Shown piece after piece: positions 53,618 through 54,822 of a DNA stretch of 54,822 nt. The position numbers and the translations under genes were made by a program. Below the pieces are notes generated by a model that saw nothing but the letters and a program-made list of their open reading frames with translations, ran no database searches and was not told where the DNA came from. The stretch is from Rhizobacter sp. (lineage in GTDB: Bacteria > Pseudomonadota > Gammaproteobacteria > Burkholderiales > Burkholderiaceae_C): assembly GCA_025359585.1 (NCBI GenBank), contig JANYFX010000435.1:1-54822 (forward strand). Direction: 5' to 3'. Each line of letters opens with the position of its first letter. Within the stretch, counting starts at the first letter, position 1.

Positions 53618-54822
53618 ATGAAGATCGTCAGGCCGCAAGGCCGCGCACCCGGCTCGGTCGTGCAAGCCGCCGAGGGCCAGCCGCTCGTCGCCGACGACTT
53701 CATCGAGCGCAGCGTGATGCGTGCCGAGGTCAAGCGGCTGTATGACCACGCCATTCCCGCAGCCGCCGGTGCGGTGGTGGTGGCGCTGGTGTTCTGGGTG
53801 ATGTTCTATCGCCAGACGCAAGACCAGCGCGTGCTGCTCTGGGCTGCGCTGGCCCACGGCTGCCAGGCGGCCCGGCTGGCGGTGCTCATCGCGTTTCAGC
53901 GCGCCAAGGGCACGCGGCGTGATCCGGCGGTCTGGCTGTTTCGGTACCGCGCAGCACTGCTCTGCATGAGCGCCACCTGGGGCCTGGCGCCGCTGATGTT
54001 CCTGCCCGACAACGACCTGGCCTACACCGCGATCATGCTGCTGGTGCTGCTCGGCGTGGCAGTCAGCGGCATCACCGCGATCGCCACCGACCGCGCTTCG
54101 GTGATGTTGTGGATCGTGCCGCTGATGGGCCCGGCACCACTCGCGCTGCTGTGGCACTACAGCCCGGCGAACCTGGGCCTGGCGGCGTTTGCACTGCTCT
54201 TCATTTTCGTCAACCTGACCTACGTGCTGAAGCAGAACCAGGTGCTCAGCTCCACGCTGCGCGCGCAGTTCGAAAACGCCGCGCTGGTCAAGCGCCTGAA
54301 CCTGCAGATGGAGCTGACCGCCGCGGCCAGCAAGGACAAGAGCCGTTTTCTCGCCGCCGCCAGCCACGACCTGCGCCAGCCGCTGCACGCCCTCAGCTTC
54401 TTCGGCTCGACGCTGGAAAAGCGCATGGCGAATTCACCCGACCTGCCGCTGATCTTCAACATGATGCGGTCGATCGAAGCACTCGACAAATCCTTCAACG
54501 CGATCCTCGATGTTTCGAAGCTCGATGCGCAGGCGGTCGAGCCGCACCTGCAGCTGTTTCCGCTGCGTGACCTGTTCCGGCGCCTGCAGATGAGCTTCGG
54601 CGGGCAGGCCGAAGAAGCCGGCCTGCAACTGCGCTTCAAGCCCGGCGGCAAGGTCGTCAAGAGCGACCCGCAGTTGCTTGAACGCACGCTCGCCAACCTG
54701 GTGCAGAACGGCCTGCGTTATTGCCGCAGCGGTGGCATCGTGGTGCTGGCGCGCAACTGGCGCGGCGGTACCAACATCGAAGTGTGGGACACCGGCATCG
54801 GCATTCCCGAGGCCGAGCTACC
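53618..54822 (+). CDS. Membrane sensor histidine kinase, 3'-truncated (absent from the ORF track because there is no stop)
   Basis: Manual translation from ATG 53618: several TM helices, H-box KSRFLAAASHDLRQPLHAL, LLD-like ILDVSKLDA, N-box LANLVQNGLRY, D-box VWDTGIGIP. Confidence 0.92.
   Translation, partial: MKIVRPQGRAPGSVVQAAEGQPLVADDFIERSVMRAEVKRLYDHAIPAAAGAVVVALVFWVMFYRQTQDQRVLLWAALAHGCQAARLAVLIAFQRAKGTRRDPAVWLFRYRAALLCMSATWGLAPLMFLPDNDLAYTAIMLLVLLGVAVSGITAIATDRASVMLWIVPLMGPAPLALLWHYSPANLGLAAFALLFIFVNLTYVLKQNQVLSSTLRAQFENAALVKRLNLQMELTAAASKDKSRFLAAASHDLRQPLHALSFFGSTLEKRMANSPDLPLIFNMMRSIEALDKSFNAILDVSKLDAQAVEPHLQLFPLRDLFRRLQMSFGGQAEEAGLQLRFKPGGKVVKSDPQLLERTLANLVQNGLRYCRSGGIVVLARNWRGGTNIEVWDTGIGIPEAEL

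Noticed and set aside
1-54822. rRNA, tRNA, IS elements, integrases or CRISPR arrays
   Set aside because: None recognisable; nearly all sequence is accounted for by protein-coding genes and short spacers.

Overview
High-GC betaproteobacterial (Burkholderiales-like) window dominated by a complete type VI secretion system locus (about 7.8-44.7 kb). It has tssA-M, two divergent tandem hcp genes, tagJ, the Thr-phosphorylation module (ppkA, pppA, tagF, fha/tagH), an extra OmpA protein, an MltA lytic transglycosylase and a TPR-methyltransferase. Two candidate effector/immunity pairs are present: a T4-lysozyme-like muramidase with a periplasmic partner, and a permuted papain-like His/Cys protein with an internally duplicated partner inside a vgrG-DUF2169-thiolase-like-DUF4150 cassette. 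Directly upstream is an operon for a signal-peptide-bearing TPR-CHAT (caspase-like) protease, a TpsB translocator and a TpsA exoprotein with a C-terminal cysteine pair, then a divergent NarL-type response regulator and a histidine kinase. The strongest sequence-level observation is a TGAC-N4-GTCA-like box centred exactly 30.5 bp upstream of a TAnnnT -10 hexamer in front of mltA, tssJ, vgrG, tssA and the CHAT-TPS operon, suggesting one regulon. The left 7.7 kb holds apparently unrelated genes (GGDEF-EAL, MocR/GNAT/PaiB/MFS, two cytochromes c). All family calls come from motif recognition; no database searches were run.
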